Shown here: one piece after another, positions 48,948 to 58,013 of the stretch
Numbering within the stretch: position 1 is the stretch's first letter
Layout of the letters: the number at the start of each line of letters is the position of its first letter
From: an uncultured Holophagales bacterium
GTDB lineage: Bacteria; Acidobacteriota; Thermoanaerobaculia; Multivoradales; UBA5704
NCBI GenBank assembly: GCA_963842525.1
Contig: CAWJGT010000009.1
Coordinates: 736,001-800,000, forward strand
Direction of reading: 5' to 3'
DNA: 64,000 nucleotides
Position numbers and translations under genes: made by a program
Notes under the pieces: generated by a model
What the model saw: only the letters and a program-made list of their open reading frames with translations
Database searches by the model: none
What the model was told of the DNA's origin: nothing

Positions 48948-51455
48948 ATGCGCAGGCCGACATTCCGGCGGCTGTTCGAGCTTCTGGAGGGACGGCGACA
49001 GGACTCCTACACCATCGTCGAGACCGGCGTCGCCCACCTCGCCGCTGCCGACGGAAGGCCCGGCTTCCACGCGGTCCACGGCCAGAGCACGCTCCTGTTC
49101 GACCAGTTCGTCAACGCTCGGGGAGGTGCGGTCTACAGCGTCGACTGCTCGCCCGTGCACTGCCGGCGGGCGCGGAGCTGGGTGAGCGACAGAGTCCGTA
49201 TCTTCTGTCACGACAGCCACACGTTTCTGGCCGGCTTCAGCGCGCCGACGCCCATCGACTGCCTCTATCTCGATTCGCTGGCCGTCGATTGGAGCGATCC
49301 GCATCCGAGCGCGCTGCATCATCTTGAAGAGCTGTGCGCCATTCTGCCGCGCCTGCCGGAGGGTTGCATCGTCGTCGTCGACGACACGCTACGCGGCATC
49401 GGAAAGGGCGGCTACATCGTCGAGGTGATGGAGCGCATCGGCGCCCGGCTCCTCTTCGAGGGCTATCAGGTGGCATGGCAGCTCACGGGTCCTCCGCCGG
49501 CGATCCGGCCCTGGGGGTGCTACGCGCCCGACGAGCTGGCGTTCGTGCTGGCTCGCCCGGCCGCCCTCTCGTACCGCTACGTGCGCGTGGGCTCCGACGA
49601 GCGCATCCTGGAGCTTCTGCCCGACGGCACGATCGGCCATGGGAAGGGGGAGCTGGAAGAGCGGTGGTTCGCCGAGCGCGCTGCCGGCGGAGGCGTCGGG
49701 CTGGTTCTCGCGGGCAGCGGGCGGATCACGGCGCGCCTCTCCCCCGTGCCACCGGAGGACCGTTGGCGCGGGCACTGGCTGGTCCACGATCGCGAGGCGG
49801 TCGAGCTGTGGCCGCTGCCGCCGGACGACGGAGTCATGCCGTCCGGCCGTTACTGGCTGCGCGCGGCCGAGGGCGGGGCACGCCCGCTCGGGTTGCTCGC
49901 TTCGCACGACGTCTGGAACCGTGGCGCCGGAGCCGAGACGTGGCGCATCGAACGCGGCGAGGACGGGCAACCGGTCCTCCTGCTTGCGGCGGCGGGCCGC
50001 GACCGATGGCGTTTCCATCCGGACCGCGAAGGGTGCTGGCAGGGGAGCTCGACCGCCGATCCGCCTGTCGCGGCATCGCTCGAGCTCCTCGGCCAGACCA
50101 GCGACAGCGAGGCCTCCGCGCGCACCGCTCTCGCCGCGCGCCGCCTGTTCCGATATCGCCGGGAAGGCGATGGCGAGTGGCCGATCGAGCTGGTGCCGGA
50201 CGGGACGATCGGCCGGGGCGCCACGCCGACCGAGGCCGCCTGGGACGTCGAGGACACCGGAGACGGCGAGCTCGCGCTCCTCCTCTACGGGCGCGACTCG
50301 ATGGCCGTGCGGCTGGCACAGCAGCCGGACGGCTCGTTCCTGGGCAAGTGGCCGCTGCACGACCGGCGGACGGTAAGGGTCGAGCCGCTCGACCGCGGCT
50401 CGGGCGCCTATCTCCTGCCGATCTTCACCGCGTGCCTGCCGCGCCGGCAGATCCGCCGCATCGTCGAGGTGGGAGGCGGCGACGGAGTCGACGCCGTCGC
50501 GCTGCAGCGCTATTTCGACGCCGACGTCATGGTCTTCGAGTGCAATCCCGACCTGCTCTCTGCCTGTGCCAAGCGTGCCGCTGCGTGTCCCCGCGTCACC
50601 CTGGTCGCCAAGGCCGCCGGCGAGGCCGAAGGGATGATCCCTTTCTATCGCGTGACCAACGGGAATCCGCACGCGTCCTCGTGCTTCGTCGCCAATCCCG
50701 CCTATCCCTACGAGGTCTACGTACAGGAACGCTGCGAGGTGGAGATGATCCGGCTCGACGGCTTCCTGGACGCGCAGGGGCCGGAGACGCCGGAGACCAT
50801 CGGCCTCCTGGCGATCGATGTCCAGGGAGGCTGCCTGGGCGTGCTCCGCGGCCTCGGAGCGCATCTCGACCGCGTGCGCTACGTCATCGCCGAGATCGGC
50901 ACCCGTCCCCTGTACGAAGGAGAGGCGCTGGCGCCCGAGGTCATCGCGTTCCTCGCCGGCCGCGGCTTCCATCTCCTGCGCTGGTTCGACCAGTGGGGAG
51001 TCCTGCCCGACGGAGATCTCGTCGACCCCACCGTCTTCCCGCGGCAGTACGCCGGGGCCGAAAGCTGGTTCGGCGACTACCTCTTCGTGCGCAACACACC
51101 GCGCGAAGCGGCGGCCGCGGCCGCCATCACCGCGCACCGGTTCTTCCGCTACGTGCGCCTGGGCCATGACGAACGGACGCTCGAGCTGCTGGCCGGCGGG
51201 CAGATCGGAGAGGGGCGCGGCGGGTGCGAGCGGAACTGGATCGTGGAGGAGCAGCCCGACGGCGCTGTCGAGCTGCTGCTGCTCGGTCTCGAGCAGGTGA
51301 CCTGCCGCCTCCTGCACGGCCCCGACGGCCGCTGGCGGGGGCGGTGGACGTCCCACGAACGGATGCCCGTCTTCCTGGAGCCGCTCCCGGCGGAGTCTCA
51401 GGCAGGATCCCAGGGAGCCTGCGAGGAGCCGAGCAGGGTTTCGCTGGAGGTGTAG
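48948..51455 (+). CDS. Multidomain protein: class I methyltransferase + repeat domains + FkbM-like methyltransferase (start may be ~48898)
   Basis: IVETG...YSVD...LYLDS...VVDD..GKG; VEVGGGDG...FECNP...IDVQG...IAE. Confidence 0.82.
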   Translation: MRRPTFRRLFELLEGRRQDSYTIVETGVAHLAAADGRPGFHAVHGQSTLLFDQFVNARGGAVYSVDCSPVHCRRARSWVSDRVRIFCHDSHTFLAGFSAPTPIDCLYLDSLAVDWSDPHPSALHHLEELCAILPRLPEGCIVVVDDTLRGIGKGGYIVEVMERIGARLLFEGYQVAWQLTGPPPAIRPWGCYAPDELAFVLARPAALSYRYVRVGSDERILELLPDGTIGHGKGELEERWFAERAAGGGVGLVLAGSGRITARLSPVPPEDRWRGHWLVHDREAVELWPLPPDDGVMPSGRYWLRAAEGGARPLGLLASHDVWNRGAGAETWRIERGEDGQPVLLLAAAGRDRWRFHPDREGCWQGSSTADPPVAASLELLGQTSDSEASARTALAARRLFRYRREGDGEWPIELVPDGTIGRGATPTEAAWDVEDTGDGELALLLYGRDSMAVRLAQQPDGSFLGKWPLHDRRTVRVEPLDRGSGAYLLPIFTACLPRRQIRRIVEVGGGDGVDAVALQRYFDADVMVFECNPDLLSACAKRAAACPRVTLVAKAAGEAEGMIPFYRVTNGNPHASSCFVANPAYPYEVYVQERCEVEMIRLDGFLDAQGPETPETIGLLAIDVQGGCLGVLRGLGAHLDRVRYVIAEIGTRPLYEGEALAPEVIAFLAGRGFHLLRWFDQWGVLPDGDLVDPTVFPRQYAGAESWFGDYLFVRNTPREAAAAAAITAHRFFRYVRLGHDERTLELLAGGQIGEGRGGCERNWIVEEQPDGAVELLLLGLEQVTCRLLHGPDGRWRGRWTSHERMPVFLEPLPAESQAGSQGACEEPSRVSLEV

Positions 51456-52420
51456 CTCCGCTGGAGCGGATCGGGCGGATGTCCGCCGCAGCCATACAGG
51501 GCCGGCCGGTAGATCCGGGAAAGGTCGCCGGCCAGGGGCGCGAGGTCGCGCAGGCGCGCGACGTCCTCCTGGCGCACGAAGAAGGCGTTGACGCCGGCGT
51601 TCTCTGCATAGACCAGGACGTACCCCAGCCTCGCGCCGAGACGCTGGAGAGCGAGCTGGCTGGCGCCAAAGTAGCGCGTCCCGTCCCAGGATTTGTCCGG
51701 TCCCTCGTACGGGACCACGAGGTCCTCGCCGGGACCGTGTGCGCCGTTGTGCTCGACGATCACCACGCGGGGAGAGAGCAGCTCGCCGATCCGCCACCAG
51801 AATCGTAGTAGTCGACGTCGATGCTGAGCACGTCGAGCTGCCTGGGGACCTGGTAGCGCTCGACCAACGCGGGGATGTTGTCGAGCGTGACCAACTCGCG
51901 GTAGAGGCCGCGGGACGGATTGTGAAAGCCCAGGTCCCATTGCAGCACCGTGGCTCCCGCCTCGGCCAACACGCGGGTGTTGCACTCGCTGCCGTCTCCG
52001 ACGCCGAACTCCAGCGCGACCGGCCCGCGCACGCCGAGCTCCTGGAGCAGCGCCAGGAGAACGCCATCCTCGCCGTTCTGCGAACGCAGGCGAGCCTCGG
52101 CGCCGTACAGCGGGCTCTCCTTGTACCAGCTCAGACCGTTGTCCCAGTCGATGCGGTGCGTGCCCGCGAGCCGGGCCTCAGGATGGTCCGGACCGAAGAA
52201 GACGCGGAAGCGCACGGGCGCCTCGATCCATTCGAACCGCAGCCTCGGCAAGCGCAACCGCGGGTCTCCGTCACCGGCGATCCGGATGCGCCAGCCGGGG
52301 TAATACCATGTCCCCAGGAGGTCGGCGGGCGGATCAGATCCGGGAACGACGATCAGCTCCTCGATCAAGCTGAATCCCCAGTGCTGCGGCCGGAAGCAGA
52401 AGAACGGCGGCGGATCAATC
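51398..52420 (-). CDS. FkbM-like methyltransferase (frameshift ~51800; start approximate)
   Basis: SQNGEDG, LEFGVGDGSECNT, LSIDVD; PRVVIVEHN, YFGAS, GVNAFFVR. Confidence 0.8.
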
Positions 52421-54511
52421 CTGGCCGGTGCGGAGCCACCAGTAAGAGCCCTGGCTCGGCTTGCGCCGGACGTTGGTGGCACAATGGATTTCGCCGTGAT
52501 CCATGTGGTATGCCCAAGTGTCGACGCTGGTCCCTGTAAAGCCGTAGCGCCCCAACACGCTGAGAGTGTAGGCTTCAAAGACGTCCGCATTCGCCTCGAC
52601 CGTGAAAGGTTCCGTGATGGGTATCTGAATCGGGCCCGGCGTGACGGGCCCGTAGGGTTTGGGGAAAAGACAGCGATTGGAAAGCACGAGCATGTTGACG
52701 ATATCGGCGGTCAAGGCTTCGAGCTTCATCATCGCTTGAAAGAACAGGACGGGGACCTCCTCGATCACGACTTGCGATTCCGGAAACTCGTCACGAATGC
52801 GCTGGATCACTCCCAAAAGCTTTGCCTGTGCAGATTTAGAGTCGAACTCTCCCTCTCCTTGCTGTGTGCTCGTGAGCACGGACTCATACCTCGCTCTGGG
52901 GTCCTCCGACTCCTCGAGCTCGAAATCCACTCCGAGGTTGATGAAATCCGCCCCGGGGGCTATCGGAGCCGCCAAGAAATCCACGAGCGACTGCCCGGCC
53001 TGGCGCGTTCCGTCGGCCAGTTTTATCTCCCGGTCAGTGAGAATCGTCGCGCCGGGGTGCTGGAGCAAAGTTTCGTAGATCAGGCGATAGGCGAGCCGCG
53101 GGCTCGGGACCAGCGCCAGGGCGCGGCGGTCGGGCAGCGGCAGGAAGCACACGACTTCGTCCGCGTGCCCGACTCGGAGCCAGGAGGCATCCAACGAAAA
53201 TGGCCGCTGAACCCTCTGCGCCCTGAGGAAATCTTTGAGATCCTCACGCGAGGGCTCGGAAAAATAGACTCTGCCGAGGATGTCGTCGCCGAGGGGCGGA
53301 GTAACCTCCAGATTCCCGAAGGCGAGGGTTGTGTTGGTGTTTGGCACTTGTTCGCCAACCTGGAACACGCTCATACCAAGCTTTTCTTCGGTCACGCGCC
53401 CCTGCCATCTTTCGACGGGCGAGCGGAGCGCGACCATCACTGCGCGTTCCGCGGTGGCGCGCGTATGGCCGATTTCGAAGCCGTCCTGCATGAATAGCCT
53501 TTCGGCCGCAGACTCGGTAGTGATCTGCTCACGCTGAAGCCCGCACTCTTGAAGGGCCTCCACGGTCGTTGTATACCGGTGCTGTTCATTAGGCGGAGAA
53601 GGCCCTCCTCCCGGGGAGAGCTTCAGCGCCACGTAACCGTGCTCCACCTCTTCTCCGTGATGCATCATGACCCAGGGCGCGATCCGCAAGCGGGCGTACT
53701 GCGGCTCGCCGGCGATCCCGTTGATGAGCGGTGTGAAGGTCACGACCACGCATGGGTCCGCCGCCAGGTCGCGCAGGTACTGGGTTGCTTCCGCGAAGAA
53801 CCGCACGACACCGTCGCCCTCGGCGGGGAATGCGAACTGGTGGACCCCTCGATCCAGAACGATGGCGCCGCCTTCGGCCGTAAAAAACCGAACTCTCTCG
53901 GGAGCGCTGACCGCGATGATGCCCTCTACCATGGGACGCGGTGATGCGCCGAGCACTGACTCCGTCAGTCGAAATTCGAAAGGCGCCCAAGCTTCGCGAT
54001 TCGGTTCAGGGTTCTCGTTCGCAATCAGGATCGCACCGCGCCCCTCGGGCCCGAAGGTCCACTGGTCGATCCCTTCGGAAACCAGCACGCCGTTGCGTGC
54101 GGCGTCCACGAACATGCGTGCGGCCGGCGCCGGCGGCGCCTTGAGTACAACGACGATCTCGACCTCCAGAGAGCCTTGGTTGTCCGCCAAGCCATCCCCG
54201 TGCTGCGCGTTGAGGTCGTCGTTGATTCCCAAAAACAACTGTCCGCGACCCATCGCGGAAACGTTCGCGCCCCGCCCCCCCACCCAGAAAACGGCTTCGC
54301 CGATCTTCCCCACCAAGCCGCCTTCCGGTTGGCCCGGAACCGCATAGCCGTCCGTGGCGGTGTGCTTGGAATCCCCTTCCGGGCCGTATCGGCCCGAGTC
54401 CGGATTGCACGTCCACTCTCCGCCCTTGCAGAGGACGTACACGTCGTGACCCTCGTCAACGACGACTCCCGTCGCCGTCCAACGAACGTTGGCAAGCACC
54501 TGGACTTTCAT
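52415..54511 (-). CDS. LecA-like lectin fused to protein-arginine deiminase (PAD)
   Basis: N-terminal WTATG...INDD...DNQGSLEV; WTFGPEGRGAIL, RIAPW, MQDGFEIG, FGNLEVTPP, WLRVGHADE, VNMLVL, GEIHCATNVRRKP. Confidence 0.9.
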   Translation of the reverse strand: MKVQVLANVRWTATGVVVDEGHDVYVLCKGGEWTCNPDSGRYGPEGDSKHTATDGYAVPGQPEGGLVGKIGEAVFWVGGRGANVSAMGRGQLFLGINDDLNAQHGDGLADNQGSLEVEIVVVLKAPPAPAARMFVDAARNGVLVSEGIDQWTFGPEGRGAILIANENPEPNREAWAPFEFRLTESVLGASPRPMVEGIIAVSAPERVRFFTAEGGAIVLDRGVHQFAFPAEGDGVVRFFAEATQYLRDLAADPCVVVTFTPLINGIAGEPQYARLRIAPWVMMHHGEEVEHGYVALKLSPGGGPSPPNEQHRYTTTVEALQECGLQREQITTESAAERLFMQDGFEIGHTRATAERAVMVALRSPVERWQGRVTEEKLGMSVFQVGEQVPNTNTTLAFGNLEVTPPLGDDILGRVYFSEPSREDLKDFLRAQRVQRPFSLDASWLRVGHADEVVCFLPLPDRRALALVPSPRLAYRLIYETLLQHPGATILTDREIKLADGTRQAGQSLVDFLAAPIAPGADFINLGVDFELEESEDPRARYESVLTSTQQGEGEFDSKSAQAKLLGVIQRIRDEFPESQVVIEEVPVLFFQAMMKLEALTADIVNMLVLSNRCLFPKPYGPVTPGPIQIPITEPFTVEANADVFEAYTLSVLGRYGFTGTSVDTWAYHMDHGEIHCATNVRRKPSQGSYWWLRTGQD

Positions 54512-54713
54512 GGAAGCCCTCCCGCAGGAGCCCGGGTAACGCAGATCAGCAAGAGGCGGCGAGCGCACGGGCGAATCGGCGCCGACGCGCGCACGCGCCG
54601 CCAGCCCATCTCGGCTACATCTGGAATCTTCTAAAGATTACCGCAGAGCTGACTTCTTGTCCAGCGGCTCCCGCCTCGTGCGCCTCGTGAAGCGCGCTCC
54701 GGGAGCCGGGGGC

Positions 54714-55673
54714 CTACTCGGGCTCCCCCTCCCGGTCCAGCAGGAAGCTGACGGGGACGAACTCGTACCCGTCGGCTTTGGCCTTGGGCACCTCTTCCTG
54801 GAGGGCGGCCAGGGTTTCGGGATGGGGGTGGCCGATGGCCACGGCGGCGCCGCGGGTCCTGGCGAGGGTTAGGAGGCGCTGGAACTGCTCGCGGATCGCC
54901 TCCGGCTGCGGGTCGCGATCGAGGAAGACCTTGCGCTCGGCGGCGGGGATGCCCATGGACAGGGCCGTCCGGTAGGCGACGCTGTCGGCGCTGGTGCGCG
55001 AGTCGAGGAAGAAGAGGCCGCGCCCGGCGAGGACCTGCAGGATGGCATGCATGGACGGCGCGTCGGCCGACAGCCCGGAGCCCATGTGGTTGTTCACCCC
55101 CACGGCCCCGGGGACCGCCTGGAGGGCCGCGGTCGTGCCGTCGCGGAGCTCCTCGGGGGTCATGCCGAGCCGCAGCGCACCGGGACCCGGATCCTCGCCG
55201 TTCTTGGGCTCCATGGGCAGGTGCAGGAGGATCTCTTTGCCCTGTTTGCGCAGCTCCGAGACGACCGCGGGGGTCTGGTCTGCGTATGGCAGGACGGCAT
55301 AGGTGATCGGGACGCCGAGGTCCTGCAGGGGACGGAGCTCGTCCACATTGTCCCCCAGGTCGTCGATCACCAGGGCGATCCGGCCCGGCCGGTCTCCTCC
55401 CCCGGTCGATACCGTGGTGCCGGAAGGGACCTCGTCGTCGGGCGCGTCGGTGGGGATGGAGGGCACAGCGGCCCGTACGGCCGTCTCCTCCCCGCGTGCG
55501 GGCGCGGCAGGGGATGCCGCGGAGGGTTTCTCACTCCCTTGCCCGGCAGGCGGAGACGGCGTCCTGTCCTGGAAGACGAGCCAGAGGGTTCCGGCACCGA
55601 TCACGATGCCGAACAGGAAGAGCCAGAAGCTCCCGAGGCCGGAGCGCTGGGAGCGGACGCGTCGGCGGGCCAT
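54714..55673 (-). CDS. Divergent polysaccharide deacetylase (YibQ-like)
   Basis: IALVIDDLG, LLHLPMEP, NNHMGS, FLDSRT, AIGHP. Confidence 0.92.
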   Translation of the reverse strand: MARRRVRSQRSGLGSFWLFLFGIVIGAGTLWLVFQDRTPSPPAGQGSEKPSAASPAAPARGEETAVRAAVPSIPTDAPDDEVPSGTTVSTGGGDRPGRIALVIDDLGDNVDELRPLQDLGVPITYAVLPYADQTPAVVSELRKQGKEILLHLPMEPKNGEDPGPGALRLGMTPEELRDGTTAALQAVPGAVGVNNHMGSGLSADAPSMHAILQVLAGRGLFFLDSRTSADSVAYRTALSMGIPAAERKVFLDRDPQPEAIREQFQRLLTLARTRGAAVAIGHPHPETLAALQEEVPKAKADGYEFVPVSFLLDREGEPE

Positions 55674-55697
55674 GGACGATCGGCCGTCAGGAGCCGA

Positions 55698-56883
55698 TCA
55701 GGCGGCGGCCTTCTGGGTCTCCACGTCGTCGCCGAGGAGCCGGTGGACACCCCGCCGCAGGATCAGCTCGCCGAGGGGCACGTCCTTTTCGAGATAGGTG
55801 CGGGCGCGCTCGTCCACCAGCAGGTCGGGGCGCAACGCCTCGTTGATCGGCTTCTTGTCCGGGCCGGTGTAGAAGGCTTCGGTGAAGAGCAGCCGTCCGC
55901 CGGTGGACAGCTCGGCCATGCCCTGGCGGCCGGCGTAGCCGAAGGTCCGTTCGCCGACCAGCTCGGCCTTGACCTTCTGGCGCAGGACCGTGGCGAGGAC
56001 CTCGGCGGCGCCGAGCGTGCCGCGGTCGACGAGGACCACCATCCGGCCTTGCCAGGTGGGCTTGGTGTCGCCGCCGAAGGCCTGGACCTGCTCGGCGCGC
56101 CGCTGCAGCGCGCCGAGGTCGCCGGTGGCGAACAGGCGGGCGGTGGCATAGGCGGCCTCCGGATCGCCGGAGGAGACGCCGCGCAGGTCGATCGCGATGC
56201 CGCGGCGCGTCCGCTCGGTGCCGTTTTCGAGGAGCTTGCGGACCTGCTCGGCGGTCTGCGCGTCGAAGGTCGGGATGCGCAGCACCGCCACGCCCTCGAC
56301 CTCTTCCATCGACGAGGCCGGCGCCGCGAAGGGCGCCAGCGTGAACGAGACCTGGACGGGCTCGCCGAGGCGGATGCAGCTCCAGGCCCACCTTGGTGCC
56401 CGGCTTGGCGGCCAGGGTCTCCTGCATCTCCCAGAGCGGCATGGTGCGGGTAGTGCGGTCCTGGACCTCGGCCACGATGTCGCCGGGCTTGATCCCCGCC
56501 TCGCCGGCCGGGCTCCCTTTCTCCACCGCCACCACGTAGGCGAAGCCGTTCTCCTTGAGCAGGGTCAGGCCGCTCTGCCGCCAGCCGAGGTTGCGCACCG
56601 ACAGGTAGGTCTCCACCTGCGCGGCCGGGATGTAGAGCGAGAACGGATCGAGCGCGTCGGTCGTGCCGTCGAGGGCGCCGGCCATCAACGACTCCATGTC
56701 GGGCGCATCGACATAGCTCTGGCGGACCAGGCCCAGCACCTCGGTGAAGACGGAGAGGTACTTGTAGAGGGAATCCTCGTCCTGCGGCGCCTGCCGGTCC
56801 GCGGCGCGCAGCAGCGCGTCGGTCAGGAAGGGGAAGGTCAGGAGGAAGGAGACGAGAAAGAAAGCGGTGCGACTGCGGCTCAT
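55698..56883 (-). CDS. S41/CtpA-like PDZ protein with altered catalytic dyad (frameshift ~56375)
   Basis: YVD...LDPFS, GSPAGEAGIKPGD; IDLRG, TLGAAEV, GERTFGY. Confidence 0.82.
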
Positions 56884-58013
56884 GGTGCTCCCCGTAACCA
56901 GCTCAAGGGGTCTTCGGGACGGTTCTCGACGCGGATCTCGAAATACAGCCGATCCGAGGCGAGCCCGACGACACCGCCTAAAGATACCACATTCTGGGGA
57001 ATCACCCGGAGCTCGGAGAGGCCGGCGTAGAGGGTGAAGACGCGGCCCGCGTGGTGGACCACCGCGGTGTTGCCGTAGCCTTGGAACGGCGCGGCGAAGA
57101 TCACCCGGCCGGGGAAGACCGCCCGCACCTCGCCGGCCGGCACGGTGGCCAGGTCGATGCCGTTGTGCGGCACCCGCGTGCGGTAGCGCGGATCGAGCCG
57201 CGGGCCGAAGCCGAGGGTCACCCGGCCTGGCGCCGGCCAGTCGAGCACGCCGCGGAACTGCTGGATGGGCGTGCCGGCAAGGGCGTCGGCGTTGCGGCCG
57301 TAGAGGAGGTCGAGGAGCGCGGCCATCTTGCGCTCCCGGTCCTCCAGGGTGCGGGTGCGGGCAGTCAGCGATTCCTCCTCCTTCTCGACGCGGGCGAGCA
57401 GCACGGCCCGGCGGTCGCGCACGGCGAAGAGCTCGCGGCGGCGCGCGGCCTGGCGGGCCGTCCATTGCTCCTTCTCCTCGCGCTCGGCGAGCAGGCGGTC
57501 GCGCTCGCGGCCGAGGCGCTCGCGGGCCTCCCGGTGGCGGTCGAAGGCCTGGCGGTCGCGCCGGGCCAGGTATCGCATCAGGCGCAGGGATGGGAGGAGC
57601 GGCCGGTCCGGGTCGAGCGACAGGAAGAGCCGGAAATAGCCGTGGCGGCCGAGCCTGTAGAGCGCGGCGAGCCGGCGCCCCAGCTCGCGGCGGGTCGCCT
57701 CGGCCGCTGCTCCAAGCCGCGCCACCTCGGCCTCGCTCGCCTCGATCCGCCGGACGGCCAGGTCGCGGGCGGCCAGCGACTCGGCGAGCCGGACCTCCTG
57801 GAGCCGCAGCTCGAGGTCGGCCGCCGCGAGATCGTCGCGCAAGCCGCGGCTGCGTTGCCGCGCTCCCGAGAGCTGGCCTTCCAGGCGGCCGATCTCCGCC
57901 CGCAACGCGGTCAGCTCCTGCTCGCGGGTTGAATGCGGCTGGGGAAGGGCGGGAACGGCCAGGGCTGCGATGAGACAGAGGCAGGCGCTCCGGCGCAGCC
58001 CCGGCGCGCTCAC
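56880..58013 (-). CDS. envC: Murein hydrolase activator, M23 family
   Basis: Signal peptide, coiled coil, WP..G, HNGIDL, LYFEIR; gene order with S41-like and yibQ-like genes. Confidence 0.8.
   Translation of the reverse strand: MSAPGLRRSACLCLIAALAVPALPQPHSTREQELTALRAEIGRLEGQLSGARQRSRGLRDDLAAADLELRLQEVRLAESLAARDLAVRRIEASEAEVARLGAAAEATRRELGRRLAALYRLGRHGYFRLFLSLDPDRPLLPSLRLMRYLARRDRQAFDRHREARERLGRERDRLLAEREEKEQWTARQAARRRELFAVRDRRAVLLARVEKEEESLTARTRTLEDRERKMAALLDLLYGRNADALAGTPIQQFRGVLDWPAPGRVTLGFGPRLDPRYRTRVPHNGIDLATVPAGEVRAVFPGRVIFAAPFQGYGNTAVVHHAGRVFTLYAGLSELRVIPQNVVSLGGVVGLASDRLYFEIRVENRPEDPLSWLRGAP

Noticed and set aside
56880-57260. Missing HxH zinc ligand in the M23 domain
   Set aside because: Degenerate LytM sites are normal for EnvC
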